A stretch of DNA of 40,970 nt, from IMG/VR virus record IMGVR_UViG_3300032226_000216, positions 1-40,970 of that record. The stretch is one strand, 5' to 3'. The first letter of the stretch is position 1, and every line of letters starts with the position of its first letter. Source of the stretch: a virus. Its lineage: Duplodnaviria > Caudoviricetes. The notes beneath the pieces are model-generated. The model did not search any database, had not been told where the DNA came from, and saw only the letters and a program-made list of their open reading frames with translations. A program made the translations under genes and the position numbers. Below are positions 7,960 to 16,045 of the stretch, in pieces.

Positions 7960-9763
7960 CACAATCCAACAAAACAAAACGGGCGCGGACTACAAACGCA
8001 TAATAGAAACTATGCACAACTTGAACACGCCTCGCACCCCTAGTCTTATTAAATACAACGAGATCGTTAAGGGGTTTCAAAACGGCGATACTTTTTGGGC
8101 GCGGGTTCCCTTGTTTAATGCAAACGCCAACGACTTCGCCCGTATGCACCAAGAACAAAACCAACACCGACAAAACAATGTCCGCCTCTTTTTAGAGTAT
8201 CAACTCGAGAAAGACGAGAAAATCAAACGCCAACAACTCCGCAAAGATAGGTACTCACGCTCGGACTATTACCGACTAGGCGGGACGGACGCCTATTATA
8301 AAATCAACGGCGCAACACTAGCCAAAACAATAAGCGACGTCCGCAACCCGCCCGACGTAGAACAAGAACGGAAAAACCTCGACTACACCTTGAGGGCTTG
8401 TGAATACTTACGGCGCATTGAACAACTTGAAAAGGTGCGGGACAAACTCGAACCGCGTTTGAAACAGATCGACAAAGAATTTAACGGCGGTGAGTGGACT
8501 TACATGGCTTGGAACTCGATCGGCATAAACAACGAGCAAAGCCAAAACATAAGCTATCTTTTTTGGTTGCACCGCGTTCACGTCAGTTTAATGAACCCCT
8601 TACAGATAGCACACTATCCGACTTTAAAACATTTAAGGGACGGGCGCGAGGTTGTGACAAAGCTCGGGAAATATCTCACGACGTTCAAGGACTTCATTGG
8701 CATAACAGACGCAGAGATTAAAGACGCCGTCGAGAAATACAACGCAATCGTAGCCAGTCGCACAGGGTGGGAGGTTCGTTTTATTGAAAGCACCGACGCT
8801 GACGGGTTCGTAAGAATTTATAGCAACTGCCTCGCGGGTTCATGTATGAAAGGCATGGACGCGGTTCGTGTTTATGCGCATGACAAATCGGTACTACGCT
8901 TGAGTTATATTCAAAGCCTCGCGGGTGAGATTTTAGCGCGTTGCATAGTGCGGGAGGACTTGAAACAATATATTAGAATCTACCCCGACGCCAACGGCTC
9001 AACGGAAGGGAAATACCTCCAACAATATTTAAAAGCCAACGGATACACACACGGCAACCTCGACGGGTGCTTATTGCAGATGATCGAGCATGAGGACGAG
9101 GACGACATTTTTGTCGCGCCATATATTGACGCGGGAGTGGACGGCAACGGCTCAAGCGGTTCGGCACAATCGGGCGAACTTGTGGACATCGACGACAAAA
9201 CTTATATCGAGATCAACACGCACGGCGAATTAAGTTTAACCATGACAAACGGATACACGGACGACGTAGAGAACGAGGACGAGAGCGAGTGCGACGACTG
9301 CGGGGACATAGAACACAACGACAATATGTCATACACCACACACGGCGATTATGTTTGTCGGCATTGTTGCGAGAATAATTACACTTATGCTTGGATTAAT
9401 AACGATACTCAAGACTACGTCCACAACGATCACGTTATATGGGCAAATGATGACGCTTTCCATGAGGACTGCGATTTATCCGCGCATGATATTTATGCTT
9501 GTGAGGAAACGGGCGACTATTTCCACATAGACGATCTAGTCATGACGTTGCGCGGTTTTATTTGCTTTAATCTAGTGGAGGACATAGACCACGAGGACGC
9601 GGACGGCAACCTATCAGCACATCAAGACGACGTCCACGAATTAAGCGACGGGACAAAATGTCACACCGACGACGCGGAAAGAATACAAGCAGAGATTGAC
9701 GAAGAAGAAGAAAACAACGAACCGCAACCAACACAGGAGCAACAACAAAATGAAACAATCTAA
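7946..9763 (+). CDS. large early protein with GSCM motif domain and acidic C-terminal Zn-ribbon-like repeats
   Basis: 605 aa (TTG at 7946 or ATG at 7952, AGGAGG RBS). Motifs are LAGSCMKG, ILARCIVR, YIRIYP and APYID, followed by CDDC...CRHC and further Cys/His clusters in a D/E-rich tail. Confidence 0.75.
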   Translation: MKMNNTIQQNKTGADYKRIIETMHNLNTPRTPSLIKYNEIVKGFQNGDTFWARVPLFNANANDFARMHQEQNQHRQNNVRLFLEYQLEKDEKIKRQQLRKDRYSRSDYYRLGGTDAYYKINGATLAKTISDVRNPPDVEQERKNLDYTLRACEYLRRIEQLEKVRDKLEPRLKQIDKEFNGGEWTYMAWNSIGINNEQSQNISYLFWLHRVHVSLMNPLQIAHYPTLKHLRDGREVVTKLGKYLTTFKDFIGITDAEIKDAVEKYNAIVASRTGWEVRFIESTDADGFVRIYSNCLAGSCMKGMDAVRVYAHDKSVLRLSYIQSLAGEILARCIVREDLKQYIRIYPDANGSTEGKYLQQYLKANGYTHGNLDGCLLQMIEHEDEDDIFVAPYIDAGVDGNGSSGSAQSGELVDIDDKTYIEINTHGELSLTMTNGYTDDVENEDESECDDCGDIEHNDNMSYTTHGDYVCRHCCENNYTYAWINNDTQDYVHNDHVIWANDDAFHEDCDLSAHDIYACEETGDYFHIDDLVMTLRGFICFNLVEDIDHEDADGNLSAHQDDVHELSDGTKCHTDDAERIQAEIDEEEENNEPQPTQEQQQNETI

Positions 9764-10778
9764 ACCAATCGACAGACTATTAAACATTCTTACATACAGA
9801 CGCCAACATGAAAGCGAGGGCGAACGCGAATTCATAGAGGCATATTTCAAAGACTTCAAAACGCTAAAGAATGAGGAGGGCGAAACACTCGCTTATATCT
9901 ATGACAACCACAACAAGAAAGCAAAGACGAATATTTTATGGAGTGCGCACATTGACACCATGCACAACTCAACGCCCGAACTTATCACGCAAGAAGTTTT
10001 CCTAGATACTTTCGGCACGGCGTTCGTAGATCAAGCCTCCGATTGTTTGGGCGCAGATGACGGCGCGGGGGTTTTCTTAATGCTTGAAATGATCGACGCC
10101 AACGTCGAGGGAACATATATATTTCACAGAGGAGAGGAGCGCGGGGGGTGGGGTTCGTCGCAGATCGCAGAACTTCATGCCGACTATATAAAACAATTCA
10201 CACACGCGGTCGCGTTTGATAGACGCGGGACAACCTCGATCATCACACACCAACGGGGCGGACGTTGCGCCTCTGATGAACTAGGCACGGCATTAATTAA
10301 GCTATTCGGAAAAGACTTTCAACTCGACACAACGGGCATATATACAGACACCGCCGAATATGCGCACCTCGTCCCCGAGTGTTTAAATATCTCGATCGGT
10401 TATCAGTCAGAACACACAAGCGCGGAAACTTTAGACACGGCGCACGTGTTAAGAATGAGGGACACAATCCTCGCTTATGATTGGAAACGCCAAGCCCTCC
10501 CCGTTGTCAGAAAACCCGAACCGCGCCCACTATATTCATTTTATGGCGCACACAATCGCACCATGTCGCACGATCTCCCAAGCTATGATGATCTACTATA
10601 CACCGATTATAAGTCATTATTAAAATGGGTTAAGAGCGCCAAGCCCGACGATATAGCGGGGGTGATCTATGACCTAGTCGATCAAATTCAATACATGGAG
10701 GAGGCGCAATACTACCCAATGGACGCCATGAACGACGACCACGACACACCGCTCGACCGCACTCCGTATCACTATTAA
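9750..10778 (+). CDS. M20/M28-family zinc peptidase/amidohydrolase
   Basis: Dinuclear Zn ligand motifs SAHIDT, LGADDGAG, GEERG, AFDRRG, YTDT and a late His (SEHT). The start is probably ATG 9750 (AGGAG at 9735-9739) rather than 9696. Confidence 0.85.
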   Translation: MKQSKPIDRLLNILTYRRQHESEGEREFIEAYFKDFKTLKNEEGETLAYIYDNHNKKAKTNILWSAHIDTMHNSTPELITQEVFLDTFGTAFVDQASDCLGADDGAGVFLMLEMIDANVEGTYIFHRGEERGGWGSSQIAELHADYIKQFTHAVAFDRRGTTSIITHQRGGRCASDELGTALIKLFGKDFQLDTTGIYTDTAEYAHLVPECLNISIGYQSEHTSAETLDTAHVLRMRDTILAYDWKRQALPVVRKPEPRPLYSFYGAHNRTMSHDLPSYDDLLYTDYKSLLKWVKSAKPDDIAGVIYDLVDQIQYMEEAQYYPMDAMNDDHDTPLDRTPYHY

Positions 10779-10811
10779 ACCCGCAACAAAACAATGACCA
10801 ACTCCAACCTC

Positions 10812-10841
10812 GACGGGCTACCCATGCCCGTCTTTTCTTTT
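10812..10841 (+). terminator. Rho-independent terminator
   Basis: GACGGGC-(7 nt loop)-GCCCGTC followed by TTTTCTTTT, just after the peptidase gene. Confidence 0.85.
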
Positions 10842-10907
10842 CGCTTTGAATACTTGAGTATTCTACTCGGCTATTCTTTTTCTTTTCTTAATCTCACTTT
10901 GTCCACG

Positions 10908-10923
10908 CATTAAATATTTAATG
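10908..10923. promoter_or_regulatory. perfect 16-bp palindrome (putative operator)
   Basis: CATTAAATATTTAATG, with an imperfect second copy GCAATAAATACTTAATGC at 11027-11044. Confidence 0.5.
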
Positions 10924-10948
10924 TACAAAATCGGGAACTGGCTTCATT

Positions 10949-11141
10949 AGAAACGGGGGCAAATTACGAAAAAAGAAACGGGGAATTCCCAATCAATTCA
11001 GAAACGGGGACAGAACCAAAGTCAACGCAATAAATACTTAATGCGGAATAGAAACGGGGACTACAAAATAATTGTCAAATAATACTTGACAACATAAAAA
11101 GAAGTTTGAGATAATCGTAGACCTCAATAATAGAAACGGGG
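10949..11141 (+). repeat. five copies of AGAAACGGGG
   Basis: Copies start at 10949, 10974, 11000, 11050 and 11132. A sixth copy is at 13234. Confidence 0.9.
11071..11115 (+). promoter_or_regulatory. sigma70-type promoter with overlapping palindrome
   Basis: TTGACA(11086-11091)-N18-GATAAT(11110-11115), with a TTGTCAA-N7-TTGACAA palindrome. It shares ATTGTCAAATAAT with the promoter at 6441. Confidence 0.65.
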
Positions 11142-11147
11142 ATTGAT

Positions 11148-11357
11148 ATGACAAGAGTAGAACAGATTTATAACAACGTCTTAAACGCTATGCAAGACGC
11201 AGAGGAGATCGAGGGCGTAGAGAATCCGTTTGAGTATTTAATGTTAATGAGACGAATTAGAACCGAAGCACAAAAACGAGCCAACGCATGTGCGGATAAT
11301 ATAGATTGGGAATATACAACACCAAAGTTTGAACCCGCAGAGGAATATGATGATTGA
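11148..11357 (+). CDS. hypothetical protein
   Basis: 69 aa, first ORF after the promoter. Confidence 0.65.
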   Translation: MTRVEQIYNNVLNAMQDAEEIEGVENPFEYLMLMRRIRTEAQKRANACADNIDWEYTTPKFEPAEEYDD

Positions 11358-11628
11358 CCCACAAGAAAAATACGAGCAAGAATTCATAGACTATATGTAT
11401 TCAAATAGTGACTTCCATATTAATAATGGTGATTCATTACTATATTATTTAGAGGACGGGACTTATTTTGATGAATGGTTTAAAGAATATCATTACGACG
11501 AATGGAAAAAAGATAATGATGAGTGGAACGCACGAATGCAAAGACGCATGAGAAGTAAGGAAGAAGAAAAAGAACTAGACGAGATTGATAAACAAATGAA
11601 GTTTATGCACGAGGAGGCAAGACGATGA
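11329..11628 (+). CDS. hypothetical protein
   Basis: 99 aa. The real start is probably the internal ATGATG after GAGGA near 11347. Confidence 0.65.
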   Translation: MNPQRNMMIDPQEKYEQEFIDYMYSNSDFHINNGDSLLYYLEDGTYFDEWFKEYHYDEWKKDNDEWNARMQRRMRSKEEEKELDEIDKQMKFMHEEARR

Positions 11629-11810
11629 GTAATAAAAAAATATATAGCGTGTATTGCGAAGAAGAAATGGCAGACATGGAAGTTAATGCTTACTACTTAA
11701 CACGCAAGGGGGCATTCAGAATGGCAAGTGAATTGTTTGATGAGGGTAAAGAACAAGTCACAATCGTTAACATGGAAAGTTATATAAACGAACAGGAGGC
11801 AAGCAAATGA
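11625..11810 (+). CDS. hypothetical protein
   Basis: 61 aa, GAGGAGG RBS, ATGA overlap. Confidence 0.7.
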   Translation: MSNKKIYSVYCEEEMADMEVNAYYLTRKGAFRMASELFDEGKEQVTIVNMESYINEQEASK

Positions 11811-11989
11811 TTACGATCGAAGAAAAACGTGAAGCGTGTATTAAGTATGAAACCGATTGGTTGCAAAGTGGTGCTGATTATCGAGATATGGAATACATTA
11901 TGAGAGATGGTTGGAAGGGTTGGAATAATATGCCTAATGAAGCAGTAGAACAATTTTATAAAGATAACATTGAGGAGGAAGTAAGATGA
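11807..11989 (+). CDS. hypothetical protein
   Basis: 60 aa, AGGAGG RBS, ATGA overlap. Confidence 0.7.
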   Translation: MITIEEKREACIKYETDWLQSGADYRDMEYIMRDGWKGWNNMPNEAVEQFYKDNIEEEVR

Positions 11990-12108
11990 CCTTTGATGAA
12001 TTGTATGAGTTGTATGTGACGGCAACAAACGAGGTTGCTACATTAAAAGACGAGAACAAAGCATTATTAAAACAATTAGAGGAGAAAATGAATGAGCGAT
12101 ATAGATAG
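11986..12108 (+). CDS. 40-aa coiled-coil-like hypothetical protein
   Basis: Manual translation MTFDELYELYVTATNEVATLKDENKALLKQLEEKMNERYR, GAGGAGG RBS, ATGA overlap. Confidence 0.6.
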   Translation: MTFDELYELYVTATNEVATLKDENKALLKQLEEKMNERYR

Positions 12109-12340
12109 ATTAGAACGCGACTTAGACCCGCCCTCACCGCAAGAGCCGTTGAGGATTAAATCGTGGTGGATTGGGTATCGTTGGGAAGACGGCACAGAAG
12201 ATACGCTTAACCTAGAAGATCATTTTAGGCAAGCACGAAGTGACATCGAAGGCGTGCTAGACGAGGTTGAATGGGAAGTCAATCGTGATATACTAGAACA
12301 CCAAGCACAGAAATATGGAGACCCCGATAGTGACTACTAA
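12092..12340 (+). CDS. hypothetical protein
   Basis: 82 aa, GAGGAG RBS. Confidence 0.7.
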   Translation: MSDIDRLERDLDPPSPQEPLRIKSWWIGYRWEDGTEDTLNLEDHFRQARSDIEGVLDEVEWEVNRDILEHQAQKYGDPDSDY

Positions 12341-12494
12341 AAAAGAAAAACAAATCATAGTCGAGCAAGTCGTCGTGACAGGCTATGTTAAACACGCGAA
12401 TGGTAGGAAAACGCCATTTTCATTTGATAAGAAAACATTAGAACCAAAAGATTTAGAAAGTATTTTTAACGGCATAGCGAGGATATATAAATGA
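12330..12494 (+). CDS. 54-aa hypothetical protein
   Basis: Manual translation from GTG gives MTTKKEKQIIVEQVVVTGYVKHANG...RIYK. GGAG RBS; it fills the operon gap. Confidence 0.55.
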   Translation: MTTKKEKQIIVEQVVVTGYVKHANGRKTPFSFDKKTLEPKDLESIFNGIARIYK

Positions 12495-12667
12495 CGACAG
12501 TAAATAAAATTATGGACGAACTACAAGCATCAATGGCACAACGATTCGATAAAGAGTTTAACGACATGAGATTTTTTATTGATAGTGCATACGAGCATGG
12601 ATTAGCAGATGGTAAAGAGCAAGCAAAGGCTGAGATCATTAACCTTATACAAGGGGATAAGAAATGA
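12491..12667 (+). CDS. 58-aa hypothetical protein
   Basis: Manual translation MTTVNKIMDELQASMAQRF...QGDKK, with ATGA overlaps on both sides. Confidence 0.6.
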   Translation: MTTVNKIMDELQASMAQRFDKEFNDMRFFIDSAYEHGLADGKEQAKAEIINLIQGDKK

Positions 12668-12831
12668 AACAATCAATCAACATAAAAACAAAACCAAGTA
12701 GTCACGAGAGAGAAATTTATATGTCACAATATGTGACCTTACCGCGTGACCAAATACGCATGATGAAAACCCGTGAGGTGATCGCTTGGGGCGTTGCATT
12801 ATTTATGACTATTATTACGTTTATTAGATAA
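12664..12831 (+). CDS. 55-aa protein with C-terminal hydrophobic helix
   Basis: Manual translation ends EVIAWGVALFMTIITFIR. AGGGG RBS. Confidence 0.55.
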   Translation: MKQSINIKTKPSSHEREIYMSQYVTLPRDQIRMMKTREVIAWGVALFMTIITFIR

Positions 12832-12840
12832 GGAGAACAT

Positions 12841-13122
12841 ATGAAAAAGTTTAGTGTGGTGTTAGAAGTATCAATGGAAGACGCGAAGTATGACGAGGTA
12901 GTTAAATGGGGTGTTGAACCTAGTGACCACGTCAATACAGTATTAGCTGAACCATTAAGAGAGAAAGGCTTTGTTGTAAATGCTTATAGCGTTGAGACCG
13001 AGCATAGATTGTATGACCGATTAAAGAAGTATCAAGATCATTTAATTCAAGCTGACGCATACAACGATTTAGAAAACGAGATCATTGGACGTGCTTGTGT
13101 AGGAGGACGATGTGAAGACTAA
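12841..13122 (+). CDS. hypothetical protein
   Basis: 93 aa, AAGGAG RBS. Confidence 0.7.
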   Translation: MKKFSVVLEVSMEDAKYDEVVKWGVEPSDHVNTVLAEPLREKGFVVNAYSVETEHRLYDRLKKYQDHLIQADAYNDLENEIIGRACVGGRCED

Positions 13123-13264
13123 TGATGAAGCTATAAAGCAACAAGTAGAAGAACATGATAAGGTCGAGAAGTTTAATATCTTTGACGCGATTATGTTTGG
13201 TATGAAGTGTAGTGTTGAACAACATAAATTAAAAGAAACGGGGACAGAAAATGACGGACGTTAA
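13112..13264 (+). CDS. 50-aa hypothetical protein
   Basis: GTG start after AGGAGG; MKTNDEAIKQQVEEH...ENDGR. Confidence 0.5.
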   Translation: MKTNDEAIKQQVEEHDKVEKFNIFDAIMFGMKCSVEQHKLKETGTENDGR

Positions 13265-13517
13265 AGTACCAAGTAATGCAGAACTCCGAGAGTATTGGGG
13301 TAATCTAGCTAGTAATTTTTTAGTAGGTAAAACGATACGACGTGTTAGATATTTAACTGATCGTGAACGTGAAGATATTGCATGGGATAAATCAGGACTT
13401 GTGATTGAGTTTGAAGATGGTCATTGGATACTTGCGATGCGTGATGATGAGGGTAATGATGCGGGTGCGATATGGACATCAAGCCAATCAGAATTAAACA
13501 TCATTCCTGTGATTTAA
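13251..13517 (+). CDS. hypothetical protein (DDEGN motif)
   Basis: 88 aa with LVGKTI...IEFEDG...RDDEGNDAGA, a pattern I recall in small phage proteins. Confidence 0.7.
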   Translation: MTDVKVPSNAELREYWGNLASNFLVGKTIRRVRYLTDREREDIAWDKSGLVIEFEDGHWILAMRDDEGNDAGAIWTSSQSELNIIPVI

Positions 13518-13518
13518 T

Positions 13519-13809
13519 ATGGCAACACCTGAAAGTAAAGTAAAGAAGAAAGTCAAAAAGATATTAGATGATCTAGGCGCATACCATTTCTCACCAATGG
13601 CAACAGGGTTTGGTAGGAGTGGCGTGCCTGATATTATCGCGTGTTATAAGGGTAAATTCATTGGTATTGAGTGTAAATCAGGCGATAACAAGCCTACTTT
13701 GTTGCAATTACGCAACATTGATGACATAAAACGCAATCAGGGCTTGGCAATCGTGATAAATGAAGATAATATAGAGTCACTATTGGCTCTAGTAAAGGAG
13801 ATACAATGA
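13519..13809 (+). CDS. VRR-NUC / Holliday-junction-resolvase-like PD-(D/E)XK nuclease
   Basis: Motifs PESKVK, GRSGVPDII, GIECK and PTLLQ. Confidence 0.85.
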   Translation: MATPESKVKKKVKKILDDLGAYHFSPMATGFGRSGVPDIIACYKGKFIGIECKSGDNKPTLLQLRNIDDIKRNQGLAIVINEDNIESLLALVKEIQ

Positions 13810-14150
13810 CAAGATTAAGAAAAATTCTTAGTAGTTATACAGGAAGTAAAGCAGTAAAACACACGGGTGTGGGAAATAGTATTAAAGAAACATTAGCAGA
13901 AGAATACGAAAGAAGTAAGAAGGAAGACAACGTCAATCACCCATCACACTACACTCAAGGTTCAATTGAGTGCATCGATGCTATCACAGAAGCCACTAAA
14001 CATTTATTAGGAATTGCGGCGGTTTGTGTAGCTAACATCATCAAATATGTTTGGCGATATCCATTTAAAAACGGAGTAGAAGATTTATATAAAGCCCGTT
14101 GGTATCTTGACAAACTAATCAAACACGAAGAAGAAAAAATTAAAAAATAA
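13806..14150 (+). CDS. DUF3310 / T7 gp1.7-like nucleotide kinase-family protein
   Basis: DNVNHPSHY, IECIDAI and NIIKYVWR...KNGVEDLYKARWYL. Confidence 0.88.
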   Translation: MTRLRKILSSYTGSKAVKHTGVGNSIKETLAEEYERSKKEDNVNHPSHYTQGSIECIDAITEATKHLLGIAAVCVANIIKYVWRYPFKNGVEDLYKARWYLDKLIKHEEEKIKK

Positions 14151-14176
14151 TTTAGTCCCTTAAACAAGGAGGTCGT

Positions 14177-14530
14177 ATGATAGATCAAGCATTGGCATGC
14201 CTAGCTACAACTATATTCATGGAAGCAAGAGGCGAAGGATTAGCGGGACAGATCGCGGTAGGGTATGTGTTATATCGTCGCGCTGATTTTAAACCGCAAA
14301 ATGTTTGTATTGAGATGAAGAAGCCGTATCAGTTTTCGTGGTATGGTAAACTAAAACCTCCGTCGCCTGAGGCGTTAAAGAATACAACATATTACAATAT
14401 TGCATATCAGATATTAAACTTAAAAGCAAAAGATTATAGTAGAGGCGCAACGAACTTTCACCATATAGCATTAAACAATCAATGGGGCATGAAACCCCGT
14501 GTTATAATAAACAACCATATTTTTTACTAG
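14177..14530 (+). CDS. SleB-like cell wall hydrolase (Hydrolase_2)
   Basis: CLATTIFMEARGE, YQFSW, GATNFH and INNHIFY. Confidence 0.88.
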   Translation: MIDQALACLATTIFMEARGEGLAGQIAVGYVLYRRADFKPQNVCIEMKKPYQFSWYGKLKPPSPEALKNTTYYNIAYQILNLKAKDYSRGATNFHHIALNNQWGMKPRVIINNHIFY

Positions 14531-14539
14531 AGATTTAAC

Positions 14540-14782
14540 ATGGACAAACAACCTTACGCATGGTCAACAGAAGAATTCAATATCAACGGCGAATTAGTAT
14601 GGTCGTCGATAACACAATTCAGACCTAAAGAATTATCATGGATAAGAGACTTACCCAATAAGAAACATTACATCACGATCACCCCTCTCTATAAAGATGA
14701 ATCGAAAGCAGAGAAGATAACAGGGATCAAGAGTTATAAAGAATCAACACAAAAAATGATGGAGGCATACAATGGACTCTAA
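14540..14782 (+). CDS. hypothetical protein
   Basis: 80 aa, in operon. Confidence 0.6.
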   Translation: MDKQPYAWSTEEFNINGELVWSSITQFRPKELSWIRDLPNKKHYITITPLYKDESKAEKITGIKSYKESTQKMMEAYNGL

Positions 14783-14981
14783 GAAATATGATGGCACGGG
14801 GTTTGTTATTGTAGGATTTATCATAGGTATATTACTTACATGGGCAGTGATGGAAGCAACCAATACGCAAAAAAAATACAAGGCGAATCTTAAATGTATA
14901 CAAGGTGAACTTTACGAAGAAGTAAAAACTAATATGTTTATCAAGTCACACCTTGAATGTTTTGAGCAAAGGAGTTTTTAA
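14772..14981 (+). CDS. small membrane-anchored hypothetical protein
   Basis: N-terminal hydrophobic helix FVIVGFIIGILLTWAV, GGAGG RBS. Confidence 0.65.
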   Translation: MDSKKYDGTGFVIVGFIIGILLTWAVMEATNTQKKYKANLKCIQGELYEEVKTNMFIKSHLECFEQRSF

Positions 14982-15100
14982 TATGGAAACAGGGGCAGTT
15001 ATACTTGCAGTTTATTTAACTTTATGGATTGCGGTATGGGGCGGAGATATTAAAAAAGATTTAGGGTTTAATAAACAAACAGAACAAACGGAGAAAGTAA

Positions 15101-15283
15101 ATGGCGACACAACAAATACACAAAAGTAAAAGACATGCAAACCCTCTTAAAACAAAAACGGGTAAAGACAGATTAAAAGCATTAGCATTAAAAGTATTAT
15201 ATGAGATGCTTGATAAGGTTCAAGAGCCGGGCAAGAAGCGTGCCAAGATTGCTAAAGAGATTGCGAGACGAGAAGTAAAGTGA
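15101..15283 (+). CDS. small basic hypothetical protein
   Basis: 60 aa, K/R-rich, GGAG RBS. Confidence 0.65.
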   Translation: MATQQIHKSKRHANPLKTKTGKDRLKALALKVLYEMLDKVQEPGKKRAKIAKEIARREVK

Positions 15284-15398
15284 TTGTATATCAAGTCAAA
15301 GGTTTATTTAGTTTAAGGAAGCGCGTCATTAAAATACGAGTATCAGATAAGAACAAAAGATTTTATGATAACTTTCATAAACGCAGAGGACAAAACTA

Positions 15399-15614
15399 TT
15401 GGTGGAAGAACGTAGAATGATTCCGTTTAGTTACGCAGTTGTAGATGATGAAGGCGAAGTCATACGCAAGTATCGTTGGTCTGTCAAGGAGGCGAAGTGG
15501 TTTACAGAAAAGAATCCTCATGTTAAGGTAATCAAACTAGATAAAGAACCTAAACAAACACGGCCACAAATTCAACAAGAACTTTTTAATTTAGTAGGAG
15601 AGGCAACGTATTAA
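15399..15614 (+). CDS. hypothetical protein
   Basis: 71 aa; the start is uncertain (TTG 15399 or ATG 15417). Confidence 0.55.
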   Translation: MVEERRMIPFSYAVVDDEGEVIRKYRWSVKEAKWFTEKNPHVKVIKLDKEPKQTRPQIQQELFNLVGEATY

Positions 15615-15854
15615 ATGGTAGCGGATTATAAAAAGAAGACAGACGAAGAACTTATTGCTATTGTAAATAAGTATATGGAAGATCACCCAAATGCAAATAG
15701 AAACCATGTCATTCTACACGCGCACGGCAATCACCAAAGAATTAGAGACCTAGATAAAAAAGGTTTAATTAGTTTACCAAAAGCGCAAGTTAGAGGAGAA
15801 GTATGGCGTAAGTATTTTTATGTTCAATCAAAAGATAAGATGTTTATACGATGA
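15615..15854 (+). CDS. hypothetical protein
   Basis: 79 aa, abuts the previous stop. Confidence 0.6.
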   Translation: MVADYKKKTDEELIAIVNKYMEDHPNANRNHVILHAHGNHQRIRDLDKKGLISLPKAQVRGEVWRKYFYVQSKDKMFIR

Positions 15855-16045
15855 GTGATGACATCGATATGGCTAATGATTTGGTACAACACGCTATTGA
15901 TGTCGGCATAAGGAACGCACATGATAAAATCAAAAAACCTTCTAATCAAACAGGGAACTGTATATGGTGTGAAACACCCGTTAAAGACGACCGTCGCTGG
16001 TGCTCGGTTGAGTGCCGTAACGAATTTGAAAAATACGCAAAATAA
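15851..16045 (+). CDS. TraR/DksA-like C4 zinc-finger protein
   Basis: N-terminal MSDDIDMA matches DxxDxA at D3/D6/A8 as in TraR, followed by a CIWC...CSVEC zinc finger. Confidence 0.7.
   Translation: MSDDIDMANDLVQHAIDVGIRNAHDKIKKPSNQTGNCIWCETPVKDDRRWCSVECRNEFEKYAK

Noticed and set aside
10949-11141. AGAAACGGGG array as a mini-CRISPR
   Set aside because: The repeat is only 10 bp, spacers are mostly 15-16 bp or irregular, and there is no cas operon.
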